IMG/VR virus record: IMGVR_UViG_3300044970_002549
Span: 27,158 to 91,157 of that record
Reading direction: 5' to 3' (one strand)
Source: a virus
Length of the DNA: 64,000 nucleotides
Part shown: in pieces, positions 36,601 through 46,400 of the stretch
How the letters are laid out: every line of letters starts with the position of its first letter
How positions within the stretch are numbered: position 1 is the stretch's first letter
The notes under the pieces: model-generated
Databases searched by the model: none
What the model saw: the letters and a program-made list of their open reading frames with translations, nothing else
Told to the model about the DNA's origin: nothing
Made by a program: the position numbers and the translations under genes

Positions 36601-38286
36601 CCACGCGAGGCTCGCCCAATGCTTGGGACATATATCCAGCGCCTTGCTAATGCTGAAGGATGGCGTCCGCCAACGGCTGCCCCATACCGTGGCCTGCCTG
36701 AGGTTGGACCATCAATATTGCGAAACGGCAAGGCTCAGGCTGGAGTTGGATCGCTTATCGACTTTGCCCAAATGGCCGCAAGCGGAACGCTCAACGCAGC
36801 TAACGCGGCTGCATCAGTTGGCCTTAACGCCCTATCACTTGTTCCTCGCGGCGGAGGAACGCTCTCCGCAGTAGCTGGCCTTGGATTAACCGCTGCTACC
36901 GGCGGAGACATGGGCCGCGCAATATTCTCTACCATCGGATCGGTCCTTGGAGGCATTGCTGGAGGCGCTCTTGGCTCATTCATTGCCCCCGGAGCAGGGA
37001 CCGTTGTGGGCGGCATGGGCGGATCGATGGCTGGTGGCGCATTTGCCGACTGGTTGTACTCATCAATCTTTGGCCCAACAACTGGGCCGTCTACTGTCGG
37101 GGCATTCAGGAAAGGTTCCTTTGCCATTCCAAACCGAGCTTGGGGCGGGGCGGTAGGCCCGTCCGGCCCTGAAGGGGATAACTTTACAAACTTTGGCGAC
37201 AAGGGCAGGACTACTGGGAAAATGCCAGCTGCATTCCTTAATCGGTTCATGAAGTACGGGATAAGTGGCCTTCTAGACAGTCCTTGGCAAAAATATGTTG
37301 GCGGTAGCTACATGCCAGTCTACGGCAATGCCGTAAATGCTTGGTGGGACAGAATCACCGTGGCCTCCTCAGTTCCATTTAGCTCACTTCCTAAGTACCA
37401 GCAGCTAGACGAGATTATGCGCGGAAACTATCTTCCGCCAGAGTTTTACACTGGAAACAAGGACAACCTTTCATATGCAGAGCTGATGGCGTCTCGTGGG
37501 GCCAAGTTCCCCGGCGTGGTACAGGGGTGGCTGACAGCGTTTGGCGAAAAGTCACCCGTCACCTATTGGGACCGAGAGGCTAGGGAGAACAACCCGGAAC
37601 ACGCAGAACACCTTAAATACAATAAGCTTTACAACTGGTGGCGGAAAGTCGGACAGTTCGGAAACTATAAGGGGTATGACGACCCGTACTACCGCTGGAC
37701 CAAAACTATTGATCCAAAAACAGGCATCCTTACCGACACATGGCCAGAAAATGCCCAAACCCGGAAATCTAAAAGGGTTCAGGATCTCATCCCTGAAATT
37801 TCCACATGGATGCTTACTCATGCGGGCCCAATGACGCAAGACTGGTTTGGCAAGGGGTGGACCCTGGACCAGTATGAGTCTTCCCCGTGGGGTAAGAAAA
37901 TGCTTGGGCCATGGAAGAGCATCATGTTTGGCGAGGGCGGGTTTGTAAAAGACATAGAGAAATACTCGCAGAGAGTACAGCAGGGGTGGATGGGTGAGCG
38001 CTATGCGGCAGGGGGAAACTATCGACAAAATCGAGCATTCCTTGTTGGCGAAAATGGCCCAGAGATCATGGTTCCGGGCGGGCTAGGAGGATCGATCATC
38101 CCTAACCACAAGCTGCGCGGACCAGGAAACATCGGGTCAATGGCCAGCGGCCAGAGCGTCAACGCCTCTGTCATTATCAACAATCCAACCGTTTCAAACA
38201 GCGCAGATATTGATAAACTAGCTGCAAAGGTAAGCGAGGCTCAAACACGAGCCCTGCGTGCAGCTGGATATGTAAGGCCGTCATAA
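27637..38286 (+). CDS. tape measure protein, multidomain (3549 aa)
   Basis: Tape-measure domain (FNAMLE...ALGQMNSAGRV...QLANAGI) at about 31780-32600; RASGG/VGERGPE motifs; extra SGNGR, HEIAH and HEIGH domains. Confidence 0.9.
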   Translation: MAEENVARVGIALDSAAFQDGVSRALRDIDRLLSGLKTLQNANRQLSLASGGGLFGTGSRSPVANFARDINRTAIPALRDMERNALRVGGAVRRSMTEMSRMASVAEQAQVRQERAILAGERRAMSSRRGRGGRYRDEGLFGAVPADPRVGSFEDPRSPSGKIAARYVLRTLEELITSEAESYPRIMQPRPRGGAGRQASVGSEQTVSSVASKFAPGRIFNTSTNLEEGLPVTIVGPGGEKFVLSGNGRVMGMRRLSQQQQGRVPIVSAVETFVAGNPSLFGGAEGVEETLRQVAKIAKAKQTPILTRELTQTIEQIGAREAGKLGLGLNTRTAMSEAEMAMAVSKLLQRPPTGLAKGTPGKVLSGGGEPVREFISQVLEVLPPQVVRSRYQTSSGESNKQFQQLLEGVAMSSAYGSNPATEAMITRLLEGGKTGLPPALSGALRKNLGPQLTLRGRIASGEIPAEMDPIYNNLPQAIELLTQAQKSYGPRFMAEQIGTQQGMEPASPQALKLAQAMRKAGTAGLPAFFESIAQYGKRAVSATAPTLGLDPGAFVADPEAAIRIASEAASKFASHKGPKTEGILSSIVEAAIREFATPEVIQPVAKKAAKGAAARTVEKAVETKVEQVAEAVAEAVTDPRATSMRRPESERFFKVNPRAIGTAAGSERARSGGYVPYGEASEAQRGKYNMTLLGGYAELEKQYEEAQKEAEYMKENFATRPGATPHASVQKAEALRAKLTELRGVMIERGLHKPTMAEQIAELFTGPSSSSSGLTPTRTSGGGGGGGGGGRRRGPSGGGGGGEEEEKTPKWIQSFQGALAASGLDPQTLKYMTSGFKFGATQAAIEPGLFSQSRASLEALQQFAAVRQLSMVQMSRGLVGSGANGFWQPQEAGERGGIALGGFGARTAAPLLRTMIHEIAHGTFESLVAGGYKPQTKVEMYGPKGEALGPVNARQMLAPFKETTASGHVDPAFYRSQAMISKAGGALLPQLAFHRMVEEVMPQGHLTEGIGLGKFSQLLTPHLKEFASPEQSTAAEEFVKFSARIMEATNNFTQGGIGKGGALSVLSEGLQQLGASSKAFPSTFFLEAASVVGNTLKNLEAGDPDNLTKVAKSLMNAAALTIGEGEFRPGVAVASNAAKEVANYLASASIEEKAAIALGANPKLLGDTSFNPGNEGHVQKVNEAIANISRVASETSRGVAVARFVGGQRVETPYAAAAGLLGPAAPGTLAAQTSPLQFPGGSLAQRMAYYGSQSTGQRGMESAIPGAYLRAKEGQFIGMGPAYQQAYASARNRQELEAGIKSSAKSEYVQSANAAMRYAEVQSRLNLIVQNGNVNFSQLSRVLTDAGTGFTVSAANALKFAAAIAVGQQITGSIVGVFEHLKGGILGFNAMLESASVGFTTLFKNAGRSVRDAESETAKTITTLREFANVTNFRFGDLETAALRMQAFGFEVDTARAALKKQMPVLYEVNNVLERNATGLKTFRGALVNIGDAVAALGGEDDKLRRITYALGQMNSAGRVYQNDMMQLANAGIAGYDILAKALLQEISASPELKKANAAIYNKLMNPETAVEEVRRLAKSGRLFGPGAVQAILKGLEERYGGGMKAFSRTFQGAMTTVADTSQSLVATAFNPLFSVVRDLTIQLADFLQQPEAEAGAKNLAKAVLSVSNAIRTGLPSALSTADKILSSITGTFGSLAGSAAEGTSSLGGFVRNTIKGLSTFGDVLENSVIRKFGSALVVAKLLFGFIAANPLLATLTAGTAGIGFLATAIQENQFGLGTAFQKIAVPLEQTLENLGNNIMPSLSNTLTAAAGVIGATIASIMTAISPLLEIILNVLNIVTSAVKPFSSVLGVALALFIGKKVLIDGVASAMARFAMFTEKAAGSVDNMKMKWFAGRELQAFERFGNTTMGAQMVAPQYNKQGELTQAGKVQFGQFGGAGMGYSSPLLYKIFMAQMKEMAGAQGFEFQNLAGDPTGAEKLTLETTPIAKEQALSALSWLKGLKTSDPEKYKETLAAATPSERLQLEEAMNAGLRTVVSGLRAFKAELDKLPTVMQKLGYIGQIAFDKIGTLAGAATGLGLTLSTLGGLMNNEALVGFGSTLATVGIATSGLVMTFTQLKQALGPYGFAGAIGGAISALGLLAAAAYEDHKTKQDDAKSALSDLGSLQSIIGPDALQAEYGNLIEGLSRSYELGFDLTDEQKASLAAARERLEVLRAQIREDRMENYTGKGSARYTMEKNKETIRNYAIRGYTPEQIAEFTGLNLDYVKNLFENMVQDGSEAGQEYIKILTQQLDATGEALQKAKDILEKATEAFERPLNRLMSRVQTLISELFADEKEKLQEESRTALGNIEVLYNGEMIRLGVLEEQHRILTEQRQEMEEMQRLEDLRTKASEAALEMFDAGTDPLERARAARDAARDLFSESEQIRLDQMGKTIEEAKTSVPYMATSEDYDLRIKALEVDQQERQRVLTETIDDLMRKVKNGKLSAEEAKKMLQDAFADTGLDLAVASAQGYDFMEHFSSGFMDALQKNIDLTFKRLPALISAAVRALREDAAYKKAQAELSEILNPTPLDKNISGAEMAAEQKRLIERAKRTLQALQLAENVPGQTAEQKKALTGQMSSIAMYIRKLEKNPFAANLNYSESEKTLLTENFGNQTNAALGKLFALFGYDTVLQWVFGGVPMASRPGNINPRASGGPVGAGTYMVGERGPEMLQMFPNGGGYVVPNHKLPSHMRSSAAALGGGVMGRAWGGGVGITNPEVPVGRSTLQTPLTDIANIVGGNVQRIRPAAFTRTVTYDFPWGKIVIDRSIHDDVVSRFPISKMQEYAEFAMSSGRPGTFSEKNPFELHLTPRVTDREAVAFAQSDLVGVEWHGKTGLNFPDDESFRQLLTHEIGHSVMERSAPRGLHPIFRPMQGIVPPMYKKIFGLMAGRTQGNIARGMGLSGWDDNAISSSGYGQESWAESYAEHYTNYVKAGGDTAAIKYGELNTSPREARPMLGTYIQRLANAEGWRPPTAAPYRGLPEVGPSILRNGKAQAGVGSLIDFAQMAASGTLNAANAAASVGLNALSLVPRGGGTLSAVAGLGLTAATGGDMGRAIFSTIGSVLGGIAGGALGSFIAPGAGTVVGGMGGSMAGGAFADWLYSSIFGPTTGPSTVGAFRKGSFAIPNRAWGGAVGPSGPEGDNFTNFGDKGRTTGKMPAAFLNRFMKYGISGLLDSPWQKYVGGSYMPVYGNAVNAWWDRITVASSVPFSSLPKYQQLDEIMRGNYLPPEFYTGNKDNLSYAELMASRGAKFPGVVQGWLTAFGEKSPVTYWDREARENNPEHAEHLKYNKLYNWWRKVGQFGNYKGYDDPYYRWTKTIDPKTGILTDTWPENAQTRKSKRVQDLIPEISTWMLTHAGPMTQDWFGKGWTLDQYESSPWGKKMLGPWKSIMFGEGGFVKDIEKYSQRVQQGWMGERYAAGGNYRQNRAFLVGENGPEIMVPGGLGGSIIPNHKLRGPGNIGSMASGQSVNASVIINNPTVSNSADIDKLAAKVSEAQTRALRAAGYVRPS

Positions 38287-38287
38287 T

Positions 38288-41200
38288 ATGCCAACCTCTA
38301 ACGTAACCGGGTCTATCTCCGTACGGCTGCAGCCAAAGCTGCTCAACCATACTCCTATTGGCGACGGGTTCTTTGATGTCACGAAGCGCGTCATGTTCTC
38401 GGAGTCCGGGAACGACCAGACCTTTGAGTTTACCCAGAGCTCCGATGGCAACCAGTCAACGGCTAAGTTCTCCCTGTTTACAATGTTTCCGATTTCTATT
38501 ACTCGTTGGTCAGGATACGCTGGCGCAAACGTTGACGAAAAGGTTGCAAACGCAGTAATCGACCCCACATTTGATTTTGACATTCCTTCAAGGACAGAGG
38601 TAAATATCTATGAGGGCGAGGATCTAATCTTCGGCGGCGTTGTGACGGAGGTTTCGCGCATTCGCCAGGGTGGAATGATCATTATGGAGGTAACGTGCGC
38701 TGACTACACTGCCCTCCTTGATGAGCTTGTAATCGACCGATACAAAGTTCCATACCTTGCAAAAGACTACGAAATCATCAAGGGTGGATTTAGCACTGAC
38801 GAAACAGAGAATTCAGTCAAGATCACTAAGCTTAACGACGGCGGATCTGGCTCCGTAAGAGAAATCGTCGTGTCCCTAGACGACTCGCACGATTTGACGG
38901 TTGGACAGCAAGTCGTTATTGACAAGACGACAAACTACAACGGGACATGGACGGTATCTGAGATTCTTTCCCTGTTTGCCTACAAGGCTACAAAAAGCGG
39001 AACTTCTCCGTATAGTGCCACAAGCGAAACCAGCGGTCGTCACATCCCGAAGACAATCTCGTTCTTTGATGACATTCGCACGACTGACCCATACTCTGGG
39101 GCAAGCTTTAGCCCAGGGATCACGTTTGACTCTTCAAGCGTGCAGGAAGAACTCAGTCAGGTTCGATTTAGCCCGGTGACGTATCTCCCAGACCCGAAGT
39201 TCCCTGAGCAGCTTGAGGGTAAGATTTGGGTGCCGTTTGGGGAAGCAAAGTCTAGCTCTGGCCGGCTGACGCTTGACCCAAAGAGCGGCGACACCACCAC
39301 GGACCTTCGCCTTGCCAGGATTGAAAGCTCTATCGTTGAGCGATATGCCGTAAAGTCAATCTCAACCACTGCGCAAGGCACATCTCCTGACCTCTACTAT
39401 CGAGTAACAATTATGGGTAACCACTACATTACCGACGGGACTCGCGTTGGCATCCAGAATGCTTTCTTCGGAGACCCAAACAACGTGACTCAAATGTTCC
39501 GCGTTAACAACGTGGCCAGCTCAACAACTATGGATATCTATACGGAGCAGGGCGTAAGCATTCGCCCCATCACGGCATCTATTACTGGGGCAACAAGCTC
39601 TAACGGAAAAACTACCTACACTTCGGTTAACACGTTTAAGGTCGGAGATTTTGTTGGTATTTCTGATGTCTCCCAGTCAGGCTCCACCGGAACGTTCAAT
39701 GTACCATTTGCGACGATCACGGCCTGCACCCCCACCTCTTTTACAATTAACAACACCACCACCAACACCTACACATCTGGGGGAACCGCAAGCGTGACGT
39801 TTGTGGTTGTGTCAGACCCAGCCAGCCTGCAGGCCGCTGAGAAGCGATTCCGCGTGGTTGCTGGTTGCCGACCAAATCTTGACGATGAGTCTGGGACTGG
39901 CCAGATATGGTTTGACGGCAAGCTTGGCATCGGCGGAACGCCCACCGGAAAGTGGTTCAACCCTAATGAGATCGCGTTTGTCTCAAAGTCCAATCAATTT
40001 GACGGACGCATTCGGGTCGAGGAGAACGATGACGACGCAGACGCCAACCTTGGCGGCAAATACTATGTTGCCCGATGGAGACGTCGCAAGAACATTGTTA
40101 CCCTTCAGGTCGCAAAAACGGCATCTGATGGCAAGATTAAATTTACCCGCAGGCACCCGTTTGAGAAGGGCTCAGTGATCACTATTGCCGGGGTCCCAGG
40201 CCCTGCTGGCGGAAGCACGAATAGCCCCAACGCAACGAACGTCACAATTACAAATATTGTTGATGGCATGATTCAGTATGAAGACGCTGGAAAGCCTCGC
40301 CTAAAGCTCCTCAACCTAACTCAGGCACAGCGGGCATCAACCAGCGTGACTATTGCTTCTGGTGTGCTTACAAAGCCATATGTGATCTACCAGGACAGAC
40401 GAGAAGGCACCGGGAACACGTATGGCCAGACCCCAGAGAGGATCGGGTATAACGCCGTGCTCTCTCACTTCCAGTGGGATTGGGCCGCCGTATCTGGTGG
40501 AGATCGCGCTGCCGCAAGTCCTAGTGCCTCCTTCACCACCATGCCTTACGACGATGCTGAGTACATCGCAGGACGACAGGGTGTGAAATTTGTTGCAAGC
40601 AAATACACTGCAATTTCCTCTACGATGCGCTCTGAGATACTGAGCGTGAAGCGCTCTGGAACGCTTGTCACCGTTCAAACGCATGCGCCAGTTTGGTTCC
40701 CAGAAGGCGGAGTTGTAAGGGTTGATAGCGGTGTTTCGTCAGTAAACGGAACCTTCACGATTGTTGATGTATCTACCGAGGACACAACTCCTGGCTTTAC
40801 GTACAACACTGCAACATCAGGAACAATCTCCGAAACAACCACGACTGGCTACGCCTATAACGAGCACAATGGCTTCTGGGCACTTGGAAAGTCATTCTCT
40901 GCGATCTGCATGGTTCGGGTAAACGACAGCCTGCCATCCTCCGCTCAGTACTACACAATCTGGCACCACGGATCAATCACGACGGGACAGCGACGAGAGC
41001 TGAAGATCGACAGCGCCGGACAGATTGTCTTTAGCACAACAAACTCAGTCAACAATGCAACTGGCCTATACCTTCTTGCCGACGAAGAGGCAATGATCTA
41101 TGTGTCCCTAGATAGCGCAACTGGCAATTTGCGCGTTCGAAAGAACGATGAGACGCCGTACACAGTGCAGCTAGGAAGCAACTTTAGCGGCACAACTGAT

Positions 41201-43480
41201 CCGCGATCTAACGGGGACGTTGCCTCCAACCTAACCTTTGGTCATGGGTATAGCTCTTCATCGGTCCCAAATAATTTCCTTAACGCAACTGTTGGAGATT
41301 TTATCGTTTCCTCCAAGACCCTGAACGCCACCGAGGAGCTTCAATTTATTTCCTGGTACGCACACTGGTACACAATGCAAGATAAGCTCCAAGATGACAA
41401 CGATTACAGGGACATCATCAATCTCCCTGGAAAGACACGGACTAATAGGGCCAAAGAGCCGTTTAACGGTATGACGCTCCGACAGGCAATGGACTATATC
41501 TGTAAAAAGACTGGTTGCCAATATTGGGTTGATCAGAATAAGACCCTGCATTACGTACGCAGGGATATAAAGAATCTTGTAAAGAACCCAACCTTTGAGG
41601 ATACGTTTGGTGGGTCGAGTGCCGCAAACTGGACGCTAGGCTCAGGTTTCTCTGTAACTGCTAGAACTGGAGGTCCGTACGGGTATGGATATGCACTCCA
41701 GTGCACCGGAACCTCATCGACGCATACATATTCAAACCTATTCGCAGTAACTGGCGGTCAAATTGTTTGGGCCTCAGCAATGGTAAAGTCTTCCGACGCC
41801 TCAAAGTCGCGTCTTAAGATTCGTTGGTTTAATTCTTCTGGTACTCAGGTTAATACCGACCACACAATTGGCTCTGCGGTCGATCAGAATGACACGTGGC
41901 AGAAGATGTGGGGCATTGTGCAGGTGCCGGATGGCGCAACGATTACCCAGGCAGCCGTGGTGTTCGACCACAGCAGTCACAGTAGCTCATATACCGACTA
42001 TTGGGCCGACCCAGTTTCTGTCATCCTTAATGGGGAATTTGGGTTTGCCGACTATGGTCGAGCGCCTGGATCGAACTATGAGCTTTTGTTTGATCCACAG
42101 TTTAATGACCCAACGACTGGCATCTACCCGCTCAAGACATTTGAGACGCCAGAGAACATCAGCCAGTACGGCAGCCAGGCCAACCGGCTGTATGTATACG
42201 CTAAGGCGACGTCAATTGACCGCACCGGAGATGTCATTATGGACAACGTAGTTGCCGGTCAGGTCATTAAGTACACGTTTGACTTTGTTCAGGGTGTGTG
42301 GCAGTCGCACGGTAAGCTAATTGAAGCATCTACAACTAACTCTGACGTAGAAACCCTGGCGGATGCCAGTAAGGCCGCGTCGACGTTCTTCTCTGAGAAC
42401 GGCCAGGCCCTTCAGTCCTATGAGTTCGATCACTCGACCAATGCGTCTGCTGGTCGTTTGTCGGTCGGTTCGGTTGTCCCATACCTTTGGACTGAGGTTG
42501 GAGTTACCGAGCCGTTCGTGGTAAAGTCGCAGACAACCCGGCTAATAGGCGGTGAGTTTTACTACAATGTTCAGCTTTCCGGGGAACCTGCGTTCCAGGA
42601 CAATGCCATCATCCTCGTGAAGAAAGACAAGTTAACTGTCAGCCTTGGCAGTGGTCAGCTTGCCTATACGAAGCCAACTGCCGTCACGAGCGTGCTTGCG
42701 ACGGCCCAGGACGAGGATGGCTTGATCAGCGCCAATGATTTGCGTGTTGTGCTGCAGTGGAGCTTTGACGACAACGACCCGAGAAACACCCTAGTTCGAG
42801 GGTTTGAAGTGCAACGGCGAGCGCAGAAGCTGGCGAAGAAGGCTGTCGGGCCTGGCGGTCTTACCAATAGGGCAGCGATCAGCAACGTGTCTATACGACG
42901 GACCGAGGCACTGGCAGGCAAATACTCCACGGTGAAACTTGCCCTTGCAAACGCCAGCGCGATTCGTGTTGGCGACCTTATTACTATCGACAACTGGAAG
43001 AATGGCAAGAAGTTTACAAAGGGTAATCCAAGCATCAATGGAACTTGGTCTGTGACTTCTGTCCAAAACTCAGGCAAGATCGTGTCCTTCAGGATGCTTG
43101 CCCATGCCGATACTGCTATTGCGGAATCTGCGCAAACCAAGGCCCAGGTCGAGGCACAGTGTCCAAGCCTTGTAATTAAGTGGCGAGAGCAGGGGGCCGC
43201 TGAGCCAGAGACTGAATGGCTAGGCTTTAATAACCTCGTAACCACGAAGAGCTTCTCCGACGATGGAGAATTTGTCGGAGCCGGAAAGAGCAGCATCAAC
43301 TACCGTTACCAGTATAGAGTCCGGGCTGTTGCAATAACTAATGACGATGCTAAACTGTATGGAGACTGGACGTACGTTCCAGAGACTTCGGTCAGCTCGC
43401 TTGTTGACAGCAGCTGGATCTATGTGACACGCGACCTAAGGGTCTCTGCCGCCGCCCCTGTGGAAGAGGATTTAACATGA
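38288..43480 (+). CDS. tail hub/baseplate protein with multiple inserted beta-sandwich domains
   Basis: IFGGVV...VTCADY and TLRQAMDYIC...YWVDQNKTLHY hub motifs; LamG-like, CBM-like (NLVKNPTFE) and Fn3-like (YQYRVRAV) segments. Confidence 0.75.
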   Translation: MPTSNVTGSISVRLQPKLLNHTPIGDGFFDVTKRVMFSESGNDQTFEFTQSSDGNQSTAKFSLFTMFPISITRWSGYAGANVDEKVANAVIDPTFDFDIPSRTEVNIYEGEDLIFGGVVTEVSRIRQGGMIIMEVTCADYTALLDELVIDRYKVPYLAKDYEIIKGGFSTDETENSVKITKLNDGGSGSVREIVVSLDDSHDLTVGQQVVIDKTTNYNGTWTVSEILSLFAYKATKSGTSPYSATSETSGRHIPKTISFFDDIRTTDPYSGASFSPGITFDSSSVQEELSQVRFSPVTYLPDPKFPEQLEGKIWVPFGEAKSSSGRLTLDPKSGDTTTDLRLARIESSIVERYAVKSISTTAQGTSPDLYYRVTIMGNHYITDGTRVGIQNAFFGDPNNVTQMFRVNNVASSTTMDIYTEQGVSIRPITASITGATSSNGKTTYTSVNTFKVGDFVGISDVSQSGSTGTFNVPFATITACTPTSFTINNTTTNTYTSGGTASVTFVVVSDPASLQAAEKRFRVVAGCRPNLDDESGTGQIWFDGKLGIGGTPTGKWFNPNEIAFVSKSNQFDGRIRVEENDDDADANLGGKYYVARWRRRKNIVTLQVAKTASDGKIKFTRRHPFEKGSVITIAGVPGPAGGSTNSPNATNVTITNIVDGMIQYEDAGKPRLKLLNLTQAQRASTSVTIASGVLTKPYVIYQDRREGTGNTYGQTPERIGYNAVLSHFQWDWAAVSGGDRAAASPSASFTTMPYDDAEYIAGRQGVKFVASKYTAISSTMRSEILSVKRSGTLVTVQTHAPVWFPEGGVVRVDSGVSSVNGTFTIVDVSTEDTTPGFTYNTATSGTISETTTTGYAYNEHNGFWALGKSFSAICMVRVNDSLPSSAQYYTIWHHGSITTGQRRELKIDSAGQIVFSTTNSVNNATGLYLLADEEAMIYVSLDSATGNLRVRKNDETPYTVQLGSNFSGTTDPRSNGDVASNLTFGHGYSSSSVPNNFLNATVGDFIVSSKTLNATEELQFISWYAHWYTMQDKLQDDNDYRDIINLPGKTRTNRAKEPFNGMTLRQAMDYICKKTGCQYWVDQNKTLHYVRRDIKNLVKNPTFEDTFGGSSAANWTLGSGFSVTARTGGPYGYGYALQCTGTSSTHTYSNLFAVTGGQIVWASAMVKSSDASKSRLKIRWFNSSGTQVNTDHTIGSAVDQNDTWQKMWGIVQVPDGATITQAAVVFDHSSHSSSYTDYWADPVSVILNGEFGFADYGRAPGSNYELLFDPQFNDPTTGIYPLKTFETPENISQYGSQANRLYVYAKATSIDRTGDVIMDNVVAGQVIKYTFDFVQGVWQSHGKLIEASTTNSDVETLADASKAASTFFSENGQALQSYEFDHSTNASAGRLSVGSVVPYLWTEVGVTEPFVVKSQTTRLIGGEFYYNVQLSGEPAFQDNAIILVKKDKLTVSLGSGQLAYTKPTAVTSVLATAQDEDGLISANDLRVVLQWSFDDNDPRNTLVRGFEVQRRAQKLAKKAVGPGGLTNRAAISNVSIRRTEALAGKYSTVKLALANASAIRVGDLITIDNWKNGKKFTKGNPSINGTWSVTSVQNSGKIVSFRMLAHADTAIAESAQTKAQVEAQCPSLVIKWREQGAAEPETEWLGFNNLVTTKSFSDDGEFVGAGKSSINYRYQYRVRAVAITNDDAKLYGDWTYVPETSVSSLVDSSWIYVTRDLRVSAAAPVEEDLT

Positions 43481-46400
43481 GCGAAAAGCTATCATCAGCC
43501 CTGCTGCAGTCACCTAACGGTGGCCTGTTTTCTACGCTCTCTGTTGACGGCTCTGGAATTGTTATTAAGAACGCCTCTGACGACCAGCGGTCAGACGGCA
43601 CTTTTGTTCCGGCCGGCTCAGACACCCTTGTCCTTTCGGCGGTAGGCGAGAGTAGCTTCCTCAACGCCAGCTACATGAAGGTTGGCGTTCTTGATGCCAG
43701 CCTGCTTCGAACTGGCCTGCTGCAGACTGTTGCCTCTTGGAATTCTAAATGGTACGGAAGTGCCGAAGACTCCATGGATGTCCAGCAGGGTTTTTCTGGC
43801 GGAAAGTTTGCAGTTACATCGGTAAGCACTGGCGCCAACTCGGTGACTCTTTCCGGCGTAGAAAGCGCTACCGGCACAAATCACAACATTACCTCCGGGG
43901 ACTTTGTTCGCGTGAGCGGTCTTGTCTTTGACGATAACACCTACGGAAATGTCGGGATAGATTCTCCTGGCGTTGGCGCTGCTGCATATGCTGAGGCTAC
44001 CGCAACCACCTCGACCACTATTACATATGAACTGACTGGGGTTGGGGCGGGAAAGACCACTCTTGACCTGGCCCTGCCGTTTGTCTCCAAGGTTGTTCCA
44101 ATTGTTTCCGCATCTCGCGTATACGACGACGAGTTGACTAACGACAACCCAGGAGAGCTAAGCAAGGTTACGGTGGTTACTGCATCCTCCCACGGTCTAT
44201 CTACAGGAAATTACGTTGAACTTGCTGGGGTTGAGGATAGCCTGAACGGTGTATGGAGGGTATCGGGGGCCCCAAACAGCACAACGTTTGAGTTCTGGCA
44301 GCGATTTGTTGAGGACCTCGACTGGGAAAATGACGATTCAATTACACTACCGGAATATGGCACCCCAGTTGCGATAGAGGTTGCCAAGTCTTATCGTGTG
44401 ACATCTGACGGAACCCTCATGGCATATGGCTCTGTATTTAATCCTGCTGGCACCAGGCGCTCCGCCATTCTGCTTCGCGGTGGCGGTACCCAGGGAGATA
44501 TTGCCGTACCAGCTGACGAAACGCTACAGATAGGGTATCGAAACGGCGCAGGTGGTCTTGGCGGAACATTCACTTCAATTATGACCATTAATACACCCGC
44601 AAGCGGCAATCAAGGGGCGACTGTGATCAATGGGTCGCTGACCGTAGATACGCTCACCGCAACAACAATCAATGGAGGCACGGGCTCTGTTCCAGACGAC
44701 ATTACAGCCCACACGATAACAACAACCCAGGGGAATATTCGAATTCGACCCTATGAAAATGATGGCGGCACTGCCGATAAGCGTGGAGAGCTGGAGTTCT
44801 ATACGCAGATTGCAAGTACTGGGTACTATACCAGCCGTGTAATGGCTTTTTCCGACAAAGACCATGGCAATGCCCTGGTAATAGACCCAGACCTTAAGGT
44901 GCTTGGCGATGCCCAGGTTGTAGGGGATTTGACGGTTTCTGGAGCGCTTACAGCTGGATCATTCAGCATTGGGACCCTAAATGCAACAACCGTCAATGCA
45001 AGCAGCGGATACTACAACTATCTAGACGTGGGAAACGTGGCCACAAAGCATGCCGTTATCCAGCCGAATGGACAGCTAACTGTTAACGACGACACTAACT
45101 CAACCTCTGCAAACACCGGCGCCGTTGTGATTAAGGGTGGCGCGTATGTCGCACAAGACCTTCGTGTTGCCGGATCTATTTACGTCAGCGTATTCAGTCC
45201 AGACTCCATCACCATGGGTGTCGGGAACAATATCATTAGCCAGGGGTATGTCTCCGCAAGCGCTGGATATTACGGATCTATGATTGTCGGAACTGGCGTC
45301 AGCTCCAAAATGGAGGTTGATGTAAGCGGACAACTTACCCTGAATAACTCCACTGCTGCTACCTCCGTTGCCGGTGCGCTGTATATCCCTACCGGCGGCA
45401 TTCGGGCCCTGACGGGAAACATTGGAACGCTTACTGTTACCTCAACATTCTCCCCCGCCTCGCTTTCTATTAGTGGCGGTGGTGGAATTTCTGTTACCGG
45501 CGGTGGCGACATTGCTACCACATCAAGCGCAACGGCCAATACCATGTCGGCAACTAACGGATACTACTTAAACTTTGCCGCAGGATCGAGCACCAAAGCG
45601 CTGATCGGCCTAACTGGCAAGCTGACTGTTCAAAATACCGACACCTCGACAAGCAAGTCTGGTCTTGGCGCAACGGGGTCGGTTGTTGTTGCTGGGGATA
45701 TCTCTGTTGCCAAAAAGATATGGGCAGAAGATCTGGATATTACTGGATCACTTACTGGAGGATTTACCCTTGGGGCGATTGCCCCTAGCTCTGTTGTTTC
45801 TTCCTATGGTTACTACACCAGCCTTAACGGGACAACGCTTTCTATTGGATCATCAACTGCGGCAACCATTGGTGCGGCCGGCAAAGTCACTATTAATAAC
45901 ACCACCTCAGCCGTCAGCACTACCACCGGTGCCCTAGAAGTAGCTGGTGGAGTTGGGATTGCCGGCAACCTGCACGTAGGCGGAAGCATCAATGGAACTA
46001 TTACGCTTCCTTCCACTATTTCCGCAAGTAGCGGATACTATCAAACGCTTGGCTCCACCACGCTGGATGTTGGTTCCGTCGCAACTGGCACCAGGGTGGC
46101 AATCACCTCTGCTGGTGTTGTAAGCATTACAAATGCAAATAATGCCACTAGCAGAACAACTGGTGCGCTAAAGGTTACTGGTGGAGTAGGAATTTCTGGC
46201 GATCTTTATGCCACAAACATTACTGCCACGGGAACGTTTAGTCCAACCAGCATTTCAACAGGAACAATTAGCTCCACCGGAACAATATCTGGCAGCACAG
46301 GATATTACGACACCATTGGCGTTGCTAACCTCACTGTAGGAGGAACTACCACCAATTTTGTCGTGACCAGTTCTGGGGCCGTAGATATGGATGGGTCAAT

